From positions 6,143 to 70,142 of the forward strand of contig JAQBQU010000010.1 in the NCBI GenBank assembly GCA_028286865.1: DNA of 64,000 nucleotides, in the 5' to 3' direction. Below are positions 1 to 8,619 of this stretch, piece by piece. Within the stretch, counting starts at the first letter, position 1. Each line of letters opens with the position of its first letter. The notes under the pieces were generated by a model. It ran no database searches. It was given only the letters and a program-made list of their open reading frames with translations, and was not told the DNA's origin. The translations under genes and the position numbers were made by a program. This DNA comes from Candidatus Kaiserbacteria bacterium (GTDB lineage: Bacteria; Patescibacteriota; Minisyncoccia; Phycocordibacterales; UBA2100).

Positions 1-35
1 ATGATTTTTGCTGCAATGTGTAAATATTTCTTCAT
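1..35 (-). CDS. 5' end of a gene running off the window (MKKYLHIAAKI...)
   Basis: ATG at 35 on the minus strand, open to the window edge; only 11 codons visible. Confidence 0.35.
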   Translation of the reverse strand, partial: MKKYLHIAAKI

Positions 36-132
36 GGTGCTCTTAATTGCCTATATAAATAGTAACTTCTCCATTTTATACCGAAACATGACTAACGCCA
101 TAGGTGCTCCAGTGGCCGCCCTGTCCACTTTG

Positions 133-363
133 TGGGTCACAGATAATTTCTTCGCCGACGCTCAGAAATTCTCTGACCACGGCTCGCGGTTCGCTCTACT
201 GAGCTCACATCGCTGCGCCCGTTTACCTTGCCGGATACGGCGTGACTCACTAAACTCGCCAGCTCGTTAAGTGGTCACTGCCCTGGCTCGCCCGTCGCGA
301 AGCGACATGGCTCCGCCTTTCGAATCCGGACGTACGCAAAGCAGTTTGCGTACTCAAGGTCCC
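133..363 (-). ncRNA. Putative structured RNA/repeat element downstream of tRNA-Ala, containing copies of the tRNA 3' end
   Basis: 12-bp copy of the tRNA 3' region at 225-236; inverted, hairpin-interrupted copy at 319-362; several hairpins with recurring GAGC...GCGA motifs. Confidence 0.5.
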
Positions 364-370
364 CTGTAAA

Positions 371-400
371 CACAAAACCCGCTTCTCAGCGGGTTTTGCG
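371..400 (-). terminator. Hairpin/terminator downstream of tRNA-Ala
   Basis: CAAAACCCGCT-TCTC-AGCGGGTTTTG inverted repeat, T-rich 3' side on the minus strand. Confidence 0.75.
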
Positions 401-406
401 ATTCAG

Positions 407-479
407 TGGACCTTGCCGGATTCGAACCGGCCACCCCCTCATTGCAAATGAGGTGCTCTACCAAATGAGCTAAAGGCCC
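407..479 (-). tRNA. tRNA-Ala (anticodon TGC), CCA not encoded
   Basis: GGGCCTT/AAGGTCC acceptor stem with G3-U70 pair, anticodon arm CCTCA-TTTGCAA-TGAGG, T arm GGTTCGAATCC. Confidence 0.97.
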
Positions 480-498
480 AGCGTGCGAGAACTAGAGG

Positions 499-526
499 AT
501 TATATCCTAGCGAGTGGATCGAGCAA
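499..526 (-). promoter_or_regulatory. Putative sigma70 promoter of tRNA-Ala
   Basis: TTGCTC-N16-TATAAT about 20 nt upstream of the tRNA. Confidence 0.6.
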
Positions 527-545
527 GCCCTCGCGCAATCTATCT

Positions 546-1517
546 CTAAGCTCTTTGAGCACGTGCAAGTGCGATCGCATGTTCGAGGAATTCCGCTACA
601 TTCGAGCCGACGGAATTGAGCATCGCGGGGAATGAGGCGCCCGCGTAGAGGCCCGGGACCGTATTCACTTCGAGCAGGTATACCGTGCGCGGCGTGACGA
701 TCATGTCGGCGCGGGAAAAATGCAACATCTGAAGTGCTTTGTGCGCAGCGCGCGCCATTTCGGTTATGTTCAATTTCTGGATATGGGTGAATCTGCTGGG
801 AACCACGTGCTGCACGCTTCCGTTCTCGTGCATCTCGCGCGTGAGGTGCATCGCGTCTTTCAGCACGTGTGCGGGCGGAAGTACGTAGAGCTCTTCGCCG
901 CGGAAATCATCGATGACACCCGCACTCACTTCATCGCCGCGGATATATTCCTCCACGAGCGCCGCTCCATAAGAGTCCAGAATATCTCCGAGCACATCGG
1001 GCAGCTCCACTATGCTCGCGGCGATGCGTATCCCGTGCCCGGCACCATCCGACGGCGGCTTCACGATATAGGGCGGCCCGAACTGTTCGAACACTGAGCG
1101 CGACATTTCGGCTGTATTGAGTCCGGCGTTCACCGAGAACGACGCACCTCGCGGCATGCGCACTCCGGCTCGCTCCAGAATTTCGCGCGCGCGGATCTTG
1201 TTGAGAGAAAGTGCCGAAGGCAGCGAGCGCGAGCCCGCATACGGGACGCCCGAGCGATCGAGCACCCGCTGCACCGTACCGTCCTCTCCGACGCCGCCGT
1301 GAAGCGCATTGAGCACGACATCGATCTGTGTCAGTGCTCGGGCGGGAGTCGCGGGAGTGCCGCGTGAATACCACGTGCCGCTTTTGTCGATGAGGATGTC
1401 GCGCACGTCATACTTCTCTTCCGGTAGCGCCGTGAGCATTGCCGCCCCCGTCTTTAGCGAAAGCGCGTACTCATTCGATGTACCGCCGCGCAGCACTCCT
1501 ACAATAGTGCGAGTCAT
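546..1517 (-). CDS. ddl: D-alanine--D-alanine ligase family protein
   Basis: GGxSxExxxSLxTG, ALHGGVGEDG and LEVNTVPG ATP-grasp motifs. Confidence 0.9.
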   Translation of the reverse strand: MTRTIVGVLRGGTSNEYALSLKTGAAMLTALPEEKYDVRDILIDKSGTWYSRGTPATPARALTQIDVVLNALHGGVGEDGTVQRVLDRSGVPYAGSRSLPSALSLNKIRAREILERAGVRMPRGASFSVNAGLNTAEMSRSVFEQFGPPYIVKPPSDGAGHGIRIAASIVELPDVLGDILDSYGAALVEEYIRGDEVSAGVIDDFRGEELYVLPPAHVLKDAMHLTREMHENGSVQHVVPSRFTHIQKLNITEMARAAHKALQMLHFSRADMIVTPRTVYLLEVNTVPGLYAGASFPAMLNSVGSNVAEFLEHAIALARAQRA

Positions 1518-1529
1518 GAAATAATTATA

Positions 1530-2006
1530 TCACTGTGCGGCATCAAAGCTGACCTCCGGTGGCAGTTTGAACGGAACAAGATTCGGTATCCACCAGGGAG
1601 AACATCCGCCCGTGCCGTCCGGGACAGTGAACTGACTTTTTGAATAGAGATCTGTTCCCGATATGCCGGCGGTATCTCCCTCGAACCAGCTGTGAATAGA
1701 TCCGTTGTTCTCATCGCTATATACGATATGCACGCGCTTCACCTGCCCTCCGTTCTGCACGACCGTCGCTGCGACACTCATCATTCCGTTGTAGATGTAC
1801 ACGGTTCCCGCAGTTGCTCCGTCAAAATCTCCGGTGGACACGGCGCATACCGTAGCGGGGAACGCCGAAAGATCCGTGATCTGCTGGAGGCTACCTACAG
1901 ACGGATTCTCATGAATGCGATAGAACGCATATACACCGACAAAAAGTATCGTGAGCAGCAGGATGAAAACAATGCTCTTGAGTACCTTGGGCTCATCCCT
2001 TTGCAT
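1530..2006 (-). CDS. Hypothetical membrane-anchored exported protein
   Basis: N-terminal TM helix (IVFILLLTILFVGVYAF); start placed at MQRDEP. Confidence 0.65.
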   Translation of the reverse strand: MQRDEPKVLKSIVFILLLTILFVGVYAFYRIHENPSVGSLQQITDLSAFPATVCAVSTGDFDGATAGTVYIYNGMMSVAATVVQNGGQVKRVHIVYSDENNGSIHSWFEGDTAGISGTDLYSKSQFTVPDGTGGCSPWWIPNLVPFKLPPEVSFDAAQ

Positions 2007-2026
2007 GAGCAAATAATACCATCGGT

Positions 2027-3280
2027 TCAGGCAAAAGTGCGGCGCGACCTGCGCTTGCGATGCCATGTGATACCGAAACGATGCGCCTCGTTGTTGGCAA
2101 GCAGGATGTCGCGCTCGTATGCTTCGATGGCACGTGTATCTCCGATGAGCCGCTCCGGCTGATGCTTATCATTTTTGACGACACCGACGACCGGGATCAT
2201 GACGCCCGCTTTTTTCAGCACTTTTTCTGCGGCGCGAAGCTGTGCCGTACCGCCGTCCACTACGAATGCGCGCGGAAGCGGCCACTCGGGATGATTGAGC
2301 CGTCGCTCGAGGGCCTCCGTGAGTGCAGCAACGTCGTTATTCCCCACCGTTTGAATTTTGAACTTGCGATACGCCGCTTTGTAGATGGCGCCGTTATCTA
2401 CCACCGTCATTACCGCCACTGTCTCCTGCCCGCTCGTGTGAGCCACATCGAAGGCCTCGATGCGCGCGCCGCCGCCCGCCGAAATGCGCTCGGTCTTGAT
2501 GAGCGAGACATCTTTGATGTGCTCGAGTGCTGAACATTGTCGACGAAGCTGTTCGGCTTTCTCAAAGTCTTCCGCTTTTGATGCGGCTTTCATTTCTTTC
2601 ACCAACTGTCGCTTAAGTCCCTGAAAGTTGCCCGAGAACAGTTGTTGAATATGCCGCACGATCTGCGCATATTCTTCTTTCGAGGATTCCCCCGTGCAAA
2701 CACCGGGACAAAGTCCGATCTGCCTGTTGAAACACGGCTTGCACGATTTGAACTTTTCTCCTTTTTTTTGCTTTTTCTGTTCGGGGCACGGCGTACACTT
2801 ATTATCCCGGAACGGGAATATCTTGCGCACTATCTTTATCGCCTCCTGAAGCGAAAGCCCCTGCGGGAACGGGCCGAAGAGACTTTTGATCTTGGCGTCA
2901 TCCCAATTCTGATAGAGTTCGCGGCCACGCACGATCAGGACGCGCGGGAAATCTTCTTTTGTGAGCACGAGATAGTTGAAGCTCTTATTATCCTTGGAAG
3001 CCGAGTTGTACGGCGGCATGTTCTGCTTGATCTCATTGGCCTCAAGAATAAGCGCTTCAAGTACTGAATCGGTCTGAGTGAATGAAATAGAATTCGCCTT
3101 TTTTACCATCTCAACGATCGCCGGCGAGCGCGACTCAGCAAGGTCCTTGGAGAAATAGCTGCGCGTGCGGTCGCGCAGGCTTGCGGCCTTGCCGATATAG
3201 AGGATCTTTCGCCCCTCTTTAAATATATAGATGCCCGGTTCATCCGGAAGTTTAAATGTATCGAGTTCAGCGCGTTCCAT
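2027..3280 (-). CDS. uvrC: Excinuclease ABC subunit C (short form)
   Basis: GIY-YIG (PGIYIF..LYIGKA), Cys cluster, UVR motif (EDFEKAEQLR), RNase H-like domain (IEAFDVAH, VDGG); TATACT 6 nt before ATG 3280. Confidence 0.88.
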   Translation of the reverse strand: MERAELDTFKLPDEPGIYIFKEGRKILYIGKAASLRDRTRSYFSKDLAESRSPAIVEMVKKANSISFTQTDSVLEALILEANEIKQNMPPYNSASKDNKSFNYLVLTKEDFPRVLIVRGRELYQNWDDAKIKSLFGPFPQGLSLQEAIKIVRKIFPFRDNKCTPCPEQKKQKKGEKFKSCKPCFNRQIGLCPGVCTGESSKEEYAQIVRHIQQLFSGNFQGLKRQLVKEMKAASKAEDFEKAEQLRRQCSALEHIKDVSLIKTERISAGGGARIEAFDVAHTSGQETVAVMTVVDNGAIYKAAYRKFKIQTVGNNDVAALTEALERRLNHPEWPLPRAFVVDGGTAQLRAAEKVLKKAGVMIPVVGVVKNDKHQPERLIGDTRAIEAYERDILLANNEAHRFGITWHRKRRSRRTFA

Positions 3281-3314
3281 ATATCGAGTATACAAGAGGG
3301 GTCCGGAAACGGAG

Positions 3315-3343
3315 TTGACACAATCTCTCTGTCAAAGCATAGT
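3315..3343 (+). promoter_or_regulatory. Putative sigma70 promoter
   Basis: TTGACA-N17-CATAGT upstream of the tandem CSD gene. Confidence 0.55.
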
Positions 3344-3446
3344 ATTGTCGGCTTCCTATCGGGGACATGGGCATTCCGTGCTCAAGTCCCTGAGAGGAAG
3401 GGTGGTTCTTTCAGGTCTTGTCTCAGCCACCGCGGGAATGAAAGAC

Positions 3447-3959
3447 ATGTCCTACTACGGCCGGTACTACGGAATTGTGGGGACTGCAGGCAAAGCGGAA
3501 GACTACGGACTCATCTTCCCTGATTCCATTTATGTGGATCACAAAATTGGCGGACATATGCCAAAGACGAGCGTCTTCGTCCACGTAAAAGGTGTTGGAG
3601 TCTCGATCAAGAAGGGATTAGCGGTATCGTTCGGCATTGTTGCCAACGAACGCAAGAGTGGCGCCCTTGAAGCCATCGACGCACAAGCGCATCCGCGATT
3701 ACTCGGCGAGATCGTCAACGTCGGAGGATTCGCCAAATACGGATTTGTTCGTTCTGGACTTGCTCGAATCCATCCCGAATGCATGGCTCCTGCATTCAGC
3801 AAAGACGTACCCGAGCAGGATGTCTTCGTCTTTTGCAGGGAGTTTCGCGGAGGTCCCCAGCTGCTTCGCGACGGAATGAAGATCGGATTCTTCTCATTCC
3901 CGAGCCGACGCAAGCCGGGAAGTCTCGCTGCGATCTCGGTAAGCCTCGAGGCCGTGTGA
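3447..3959 (+). CDS. Tandem cold-shock-domain-like (OB-fold) protein
   Basis: Two repeats with RNP1-like (DYGLI, KYGFV) and RNP2-like (VFVH, VFVF) motifs; start at 3438 or 3447. Confidence 0.6.
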   Translation: MSYYGRYYGIVGTAGKAEDYGLIFPDSIYVDHKIGGHMPKTSVFVHVKGVGVSIKKGLAVSFGIVANERKSGALEAIDAQAHPRLLGEIVNVGGFAKYGFVRSGLARIHPECMAPAFSKDVPEQDVFVFCREFRGGPQLLRDGMKIGFFSFPSRRKPGSLAAISVSLEAV

Positions 3960-3974
3960 GTTCTATATACTAAT

Positions 3975-4004
3975 GATGGGCGTCGCGAAAGCGGCGCCCG
4001 TTTT
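3975..4004 (+). terminator. Intrinsic terminator
   Basis: GGGCGTCGC-GAAA-GCGGCGCCC followed by GTTTT. Confidence 0.8.
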
Positions 4005-4036
4005 GTGTTACATATGTTTTCCCCAGGTACCCAAAT

Positions 4037-4064
4037 TTGACCGGCTCAGAAAGGGGTCTATACT
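4037..4064 (+). promoter_or_regulatory. Putative promoter of the carAB leader
   Basis: TTGACC-N16-TATACT, 9 nt before ATG 4074. Confidence 0.6.
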
Positions 4065-4073
4065 GCGTTTTTA

Positions 4074-4295
4074 ATGACTCGAAAGATGTTTCCGACACCA
4101 CTCACCCACCCGGGTGCATTTTTTTATAATTTTGGAACTCGCGAGAAATCGCGAGTTTTTTCTGTAACCGGTAGCGCGGAGTCGAGTATGTTGGTTCTGC
4201 CGTGTCTCGCAGTGCGACGGCCCGAGAGGCAGCGCTGGCACAGCAGTGCCAGACAGCGACGGCAGAACAACATGCTCGCGGAGCAACCTCTATGA
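4074..4295 (+). CDS. Putative leader peptide of carAB
   Basis: ORF starts just after the -10 box, reads through a terminator hairpin and ends in an ATGA overlap with carA. Confidence 0.5.
   Translation: MTRKMFPTPLTHPGAFFYNFGTREKSRVFSVTGSAESSMLVLPCLAVRRPERQRWHSSARQRRQNNMLAEQPL
4136..4161 (+). terminator. Attenuator terminator in the carAB leader
   Basis: AACTCGCGA-GAAA-TCGCGAGTT followed by TTTT. Confidence 0.75.
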
Positions 4296-5344
4296 AGCTC
4301 TTTCTAGAGGACGGTTCAATATTCGAGGGCGAGAGCTTCGGCGCCAATGCTCCCGCTGCGGGTGAGGTCGTATTCACGACCGGTATGACCGGATACGTGG
4401 AAACGCTCTCTGACCCTTCTTTTGCCGGACAGATCGTCGTGGGCACCTTCCCGCTTGTCGGCAATTACGGAGTCCCATCGTCGGAACTTTTTGAGTCGGA
4501 AAAGATACAGGCAGCGGGGCTCATCGTGAGCGAATATTCTCCTACGTATTCACACCACGAAGCACGGGGTTCACTTGCCGACTGGCTCAAAGCTTCGGGA
4601 GTTCCGGCGCTTACCGGCGTCGATACCCGCGCGCTCACAAAAAAGCTTCGCGACCGCGGTGTCATGCTCGGGCAGATCGCACCGCACCTCGGTGAATTTG
4701 TAAATCCGAATCGCGAGAACCTCGTGGCAAAGGTGAGTCCAAAAGAAAAAAAGGTCTACGGCTCAGGCCCTATCCGGATCATCGCGGTCGATTGCGGCAT
4801 GAAGGAGAATATTGTGCGCTCTCTTGCGCGCCCAGAGGTCACCCTCACCCGCGTGCCGTGGAACTACGACTTCTCGCACGATCAGTACGATGCGCTCGTG
4901 CTCTCCAACGGCCCGGGAGACCCGGAGATGTGCGAGATCACGATCAAGCACATCCGCGAAGCGATGCGCGACGGCAAACCGATATTGGGCGTGTGTCTCG
5001 GCAATCAGCTGCTCGCACTCGCCGCCGGCGGCTCGACCTACAAGCTCAAATACGGTCATCGCGGACAGAATCAGCCGTGTATCGATGTCACAACGGGTCG
5101 CTGCTATATCACGTCTCAAAATCACGGCTTTGCGGTAGATGCGAAATCACTTCCGTCCAGCTGGGAGGTATGGTTTGAAAATGCCAACGACGGCTCCGTA
5201 GAGGGTATACGACACACCTCCCGCTCCTGGCGCTCGGTACAGTTCCATCCCGAAGCGAATCCCGGGCCGACCGACACCGCCTGGATATTCGATGACTTTT
5301 TGCAGGAGCTCGCAGGACGCCGCCGTATAACGATAAAAATATGA
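4292..5344 (+). CDS. carA: Carbamoyl-phosphate synthase small subunit
   Basis: GEVVFTTGMTGY, SNGPGDP, GVCLGNQ (catalytic Cys), QFHPE. Confidence 0.97.
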   Translation: MKLFLEDGSIFEGESFGANAPAAGEVVFTTGMTGYVETLSDPSFAGQIVVGTFPLVGNYGVPSSELFESEKIQAAGLIVSEYSPTYSHHEARGSLADWLKASGVPALTGVDTRALTKKLRDRGVMLGQIAPHLGEFVNPNRENLVAKVSPKEKKVYGSGPIRIIAVDCGMKENIVRSLARPEVTLTRVPWNYDFSHDQYDALVLSNGPGDPEMCEITIKHIREAMRDGKPILGVCLGNQLLALAAGGSTYKLKYGHRGQNQPCIDVTTGRCYITSQNHGFAVDAKSLPSSWEVWFENANDGSVEGIRHTSRSWRSVQFHPEANPGPTDTAWIFDDFLQELAGRRRITIKI

Positions 5345-8300
5345 GACCCAAAATGCCAAAGAAAGTACTTTTGCTCGGCTCCGGCGGACTACGCATCGGC
5401 CAGGCCGGAGAATTCGACTATTCGGGTTCCCAAGCTATCAAGGCTATGAAAGAGGAAGGGATCGAGATCGTGCTCATGAACCCGAATATCGCTACCGTTC
5501 AGACCGATGAGAGGCTTGCCGACACCGTGTACTTCCTGCCGCTCACTATAGAGTTCGCGACGAAGATCATCGAGAAGGAGCGGCCCGATGCGATCTTCCT
5601 CTCCTTCGGCGGACAGACCGCGCTCAACCTCGGACTTTCGCTCGAAGAGAAAGGTATCCTCAAAAAATACGATGTTGCCGTACTCGGGACACCGGTCGAT
5701 ACGATACGGAATACCGAAGACCGCGACCTGTTCGTCGAGAAGCTGAAAGAAATTGACGTGAAAACGGCGATCAGCCGCGGCACGAGAAATATCGCGCAGG
5801 CGCTGAGTGCCGCGCAAGAGATCGGGTACCCGGTGATGGTGCGCGCCGGATTCGCGCTCGGGGGCGAAGGCTCCGGCATGGTCGCGGATCCGAAAGAGCT
5901 GAGGGAAAAGCTTGAGGAAGTATTTCGCAATGTCGATCAGGTCCTTATCGAGGAATATCTCGGAGGGTGGAAGGAGGTCGAATATGAGGTCGTGCGCGAT
6001 CGCTCCAACAACTGCATCACGGTCTGCAATATGGAGAACATCGACCCGATGGGCATTCATACGGGAGAGAGCATCGTCGTCGCACCGTCGCAAACACTGT
6101 CGAATTTCGAATATCACATGCTCCGCGAAGTAGCATTGAAAACGATCAGACATCTCGGGATCGTCGGCGAGTGCAACATTCAGTACGCGCTCGATCCCAT
6201 GAGCCACGAGTACCGCGTGATAGAAGTGAACGCGCGCCTCTCTCGCTCTTCGGCGCTTGCTTCCAAGGCTACCGGATACCCGCTCGCGTTCGTCGCTGCA
6301 AAGCTTGGGCTCGGATACACGCTCACCGAGATAAAGAACTCCGTGACCGGTAAGACGAGCGCATGCTTTGAGCCTGCTCTCGATTATGTGGTGCTTAAGA
6401 TGCCACGCTGGGACCTTGCCAAATTCGAAGGTGCCGCCACGCGTATCGGGACCGAGATGAAAAGCGTCGGAGAAGTGATGGCGATCGGCCGCAACTTTGA
6501 AGAAGTGCTCCAGAAAGCACTGCGCATGCTCAACGTGGGTGCGATGGGATTCACTGCGCAGAAAAATGCCACGTTTTCGATACCGAATTATAAAAAAGAG
6601 ATCCGCTTTGCGACGACCCGGCGCATTTTTGCACTTGGAGAGGCGCTTCGATCCGGAGTCACTACGAAAGAGATCCATGCGCTCTCCAGGATCGATATGT
6701 GGTTCTTGGATAAGATGAAGCACATCATTGATATAGAGAAGTCGCTCAAACAGAAGCGCCTTGATGCACCGCGCCTTCTTGAGGCGAAGCGTAACGGATT
6801 CTCCGATGCGCAGATCGCGGTCATTAAACGATCGACCGAAGAGAAAGTGCGTGCACTTCGCCATAAATACGGTATCCGCCCGTGGATCAAGCAGATCGAT
6901 ACCCTTGCGGGAGAGTTCCCTGCCAAAACGAATTATCTGTACGTGACCTATCACGGGTCGGAACACGATATCGGTCGCGGGGTCAATCAGGTCGCAGTAC
7001 TTGGTTCCGGCCCGTACTGCATCGGGTCGTCGGTCGAATTCGATTGGTCGTGCGTGCAAGCGCTCAAAACCCTCAAGCGCGAAGGTTCGAACACGATCAT
7101 GATTAACTCCAATCCGGAGACCGTTTCGACCGATTACGACATGTCGGATCGCCTCTATTTCGAAGAGCTTTCTCTCGAGCGCATTCTCGACATTACAGAC
7201 TTTGAAAATCCGAAGGGAGTCGTTATATCGACCGGCGGGCAAATTCCGAACAATCTTGCACTCCCGCTCGAGCGTAACGGTGTACCCGTCATGGGCACAG
7301 CTCCCGAAAATATCGATCGCGCCGAGGATCGGCACGTATTTTCTAAAATGCTTGATCGCCTCGAGATCGACCAGCCGCAGTGGGTCGAACTCACAACTCC
7401 GCTTGCGGCCAAGAAAGCGGCAAAAGAACTCGGCTATCCCGTATTGGTGCGACCGTCATACGTGCTATCGGGCGCCGCGATGAGCGTGGCATATGACGAA
7501 AAAGCGCTGATGAAATTCCTTAAGCGTGCGACTGATGTATCGAATGATCACCCGGTCGTCATATCGAAATTCATCGAGAATGCGCGCGAGATCGAAATAG
7601 ACGGCGTGGCTTCAAAAGGCAAGCTCGCCATCTATGCCATCACCGAGCACGTGGAGAATGCCGGTACACATTCCGGTGACGCCACCGTGGTGCTCCCACC
7701 GCAGCGCACCTACCTTGAGACGATCCGCCGAGCAAAAGCTTCGGCAAAGCGCATCGTGAAAGAGCTCAATATCACGGGCCCGTTCAATATTCAGTTCTTG
7801 GCAAAGGAAAATCACATCCTCGTTATCGAGTGCAACGCGCGTGCATCGCGTAGCTTTCCGTTCGTTTCAAAGGTCACCGGCTACAATTTCATCGATATCG
7901 CGGTGCGCGCCCTTCTCGGCAAAGACGTGCATGCCGACTATCACACTGTCGAGATCGACACTGTCGCTGTGAAATCGCCGCAGTTCTCATACAGCCGCAT
8001 CAAAGGTGCCGACCCGATCCACTACGTGGAAATGGCTTCTACGGGAGAGGTCGCCTGCTTCGGTGATTCGTATTCTGAAGCGCTCATCAAATCGATGATG
8101 GCGGCCGGATTCAGGCTGCCGAAGAAGAATATATTGGTCTCCCTCGGTAAGGAGGAGAATCAGGTAAAGCTCTTGCCGTCGATCAGAACGCTCTCTGAAA
8201 TGGGATTCAAATTGTTTGCGACCGAGCACACGGCGGACTTCCTGCTTGATAATAAAGTGAAGTGCACCAAGGTATACAAAATGGGGCGCAAGAACAAGCC

Positions 8301-8532
8301 GAACGTATCCGACCTTCTCGCATCCGGCGATCTTGATCTTATCGTGAACGTTCCCGAGCGTGCGCTCGCACGCAACGCCGAAGACGGCTTCGCACTTCGC
8401 CGCAAAGCGGTCGACCTTAATATTCCGCTTATCACGAATCGTCAGCTCGCGGAATCATTCGTCTCGGCATTCCATGAGATATGCACGCAGAAGATCGTGA
8501 TCAAGTCGTGGGACGAGTATCGTGCCACATAA
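5341..8532 (+). CDS. carB: Carbamoyl-phosphate synthase large subunit
   Basis: IGQAGEFDYSG, two ATP-grasp halves, C-terminal MGS domain; ATGA overlap with carA. Confidence 0.98.
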   Translation: MRPKMPKKVLLLGSGGLRIGQAGEFDYSGSQAIKAMKEEGIEIVLMNPNIATVQTDERLADTVYFLPLTIEFATKIIEKERPDAIFLSFGGQTALNLGLSLEEKGILKKYDVAVLGTPVDTIRNTEDRDLFVEKLKEIDVKTAISRGTRNIAQALSAAQEIGYPVMVRAGFALGGEGSGMVADPKELREKLEEVFRNVDQVLIEEYLGGWKEVEYEVVRDRSNNCITVCNMENIDPMGIHTGESIVVAPSQTLSNFEYHMLREVALKTIRHLGIVGECNIQYALDPMSHEYRVIEVNARLSRSSALASKATGYPLAFVAAKLGLGYTLTEIKNSVTGKTSACFEPALDYVVLKMPRWDLAKFEGAATRIGTEMKSVGEVMAIGRNFEEVLQKALRMLNVGAMGFTAQKNATFSIPNYKKEIRFATTRRIFALGEALRSGVTTKEIHALSRIDMWFLDKMKHIIDIEKSLKQKRLDAPRLLEAKRNGFSDAQIAVIKRSTEEKVRALRHKYGIRPWIKQIDTLAGEFPAKTNYLYVTYHGSEHDIGRGVNQVAVLGSGPYCIGSSVEFDWSCVQALKTLKREGSNTIMINSNPETVSTDYDMSDRLYFEELSLERILDITDFENPKGVVISTGGQIPNNLALPLERNGVPVMGTAPENIDRAEDRHVFSKMLDRLEIDQPQWVELTTPLAAKKAAKELGYPVLVRPSYVLSGAAMSVAYDEKALMKFLKRATDVSNDHPVVISKFIENAREIEIDGVASKGKLAIYAITEHVENAGTHSGDATVVLPPQRTYLETIRRAKASAKRIVKELNITGPFNIQFLAKENHILVIECNARASRSFPFVSKVTGYNFIDIAVRALLGKDVHADYHTVEIDTVAVKSPQFSYSRIKGADPIHYVEMASTGEVACFGDSYSEALIKSMMAAGFRLPKKNILVSLGKEENQVKLLPSIRTLSEMGFKLFATEHTADFLLDNKVKCTKVYKMGRKNKPNVSDLLASGDLDLIVNVPERALARNAEDGFALRRKAVDLNIPLITNRQLAESFVSAFHEICTQKIVIKSWDEYRAT

Positions 8533-8564
8533 AAAAGTTGGGATATGTTCCCGAACAAAGTGAA

Positions 8565-8593
8565 AACCCAACGCGGAACATCCGCGTTGGGTT
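8565..8593. terminator. Terminator between convergent carB and ilvD
   Basis: 13-bp stem AACCCAACGCGGA/TCCGCGTTGGGTT. Confidence 0.8.
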
Positions 8594-8619
8594 GGTTTAT
8601 TGCGATTGCTCAGTGCCGA

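Noticed and set aside
225..236. attL/attR of an element integrated at tRNA-Ala
   Set aside because: Only 12 bp, 185 bp from the tRNA, and no integrase in view; cannot be excluded beyond the window edge
1..270. 89-aa plus-strand ORF
   Set aside because: Overlaps the structured non-coding element and an opposite-strand gene start; no recognisable protein features
319..363. Possible second, intron-containing tRNA on the plus strand
   Set aside because: Only the T-loop and acceptor 3' part are present; no D arm or anticodon arm upstream
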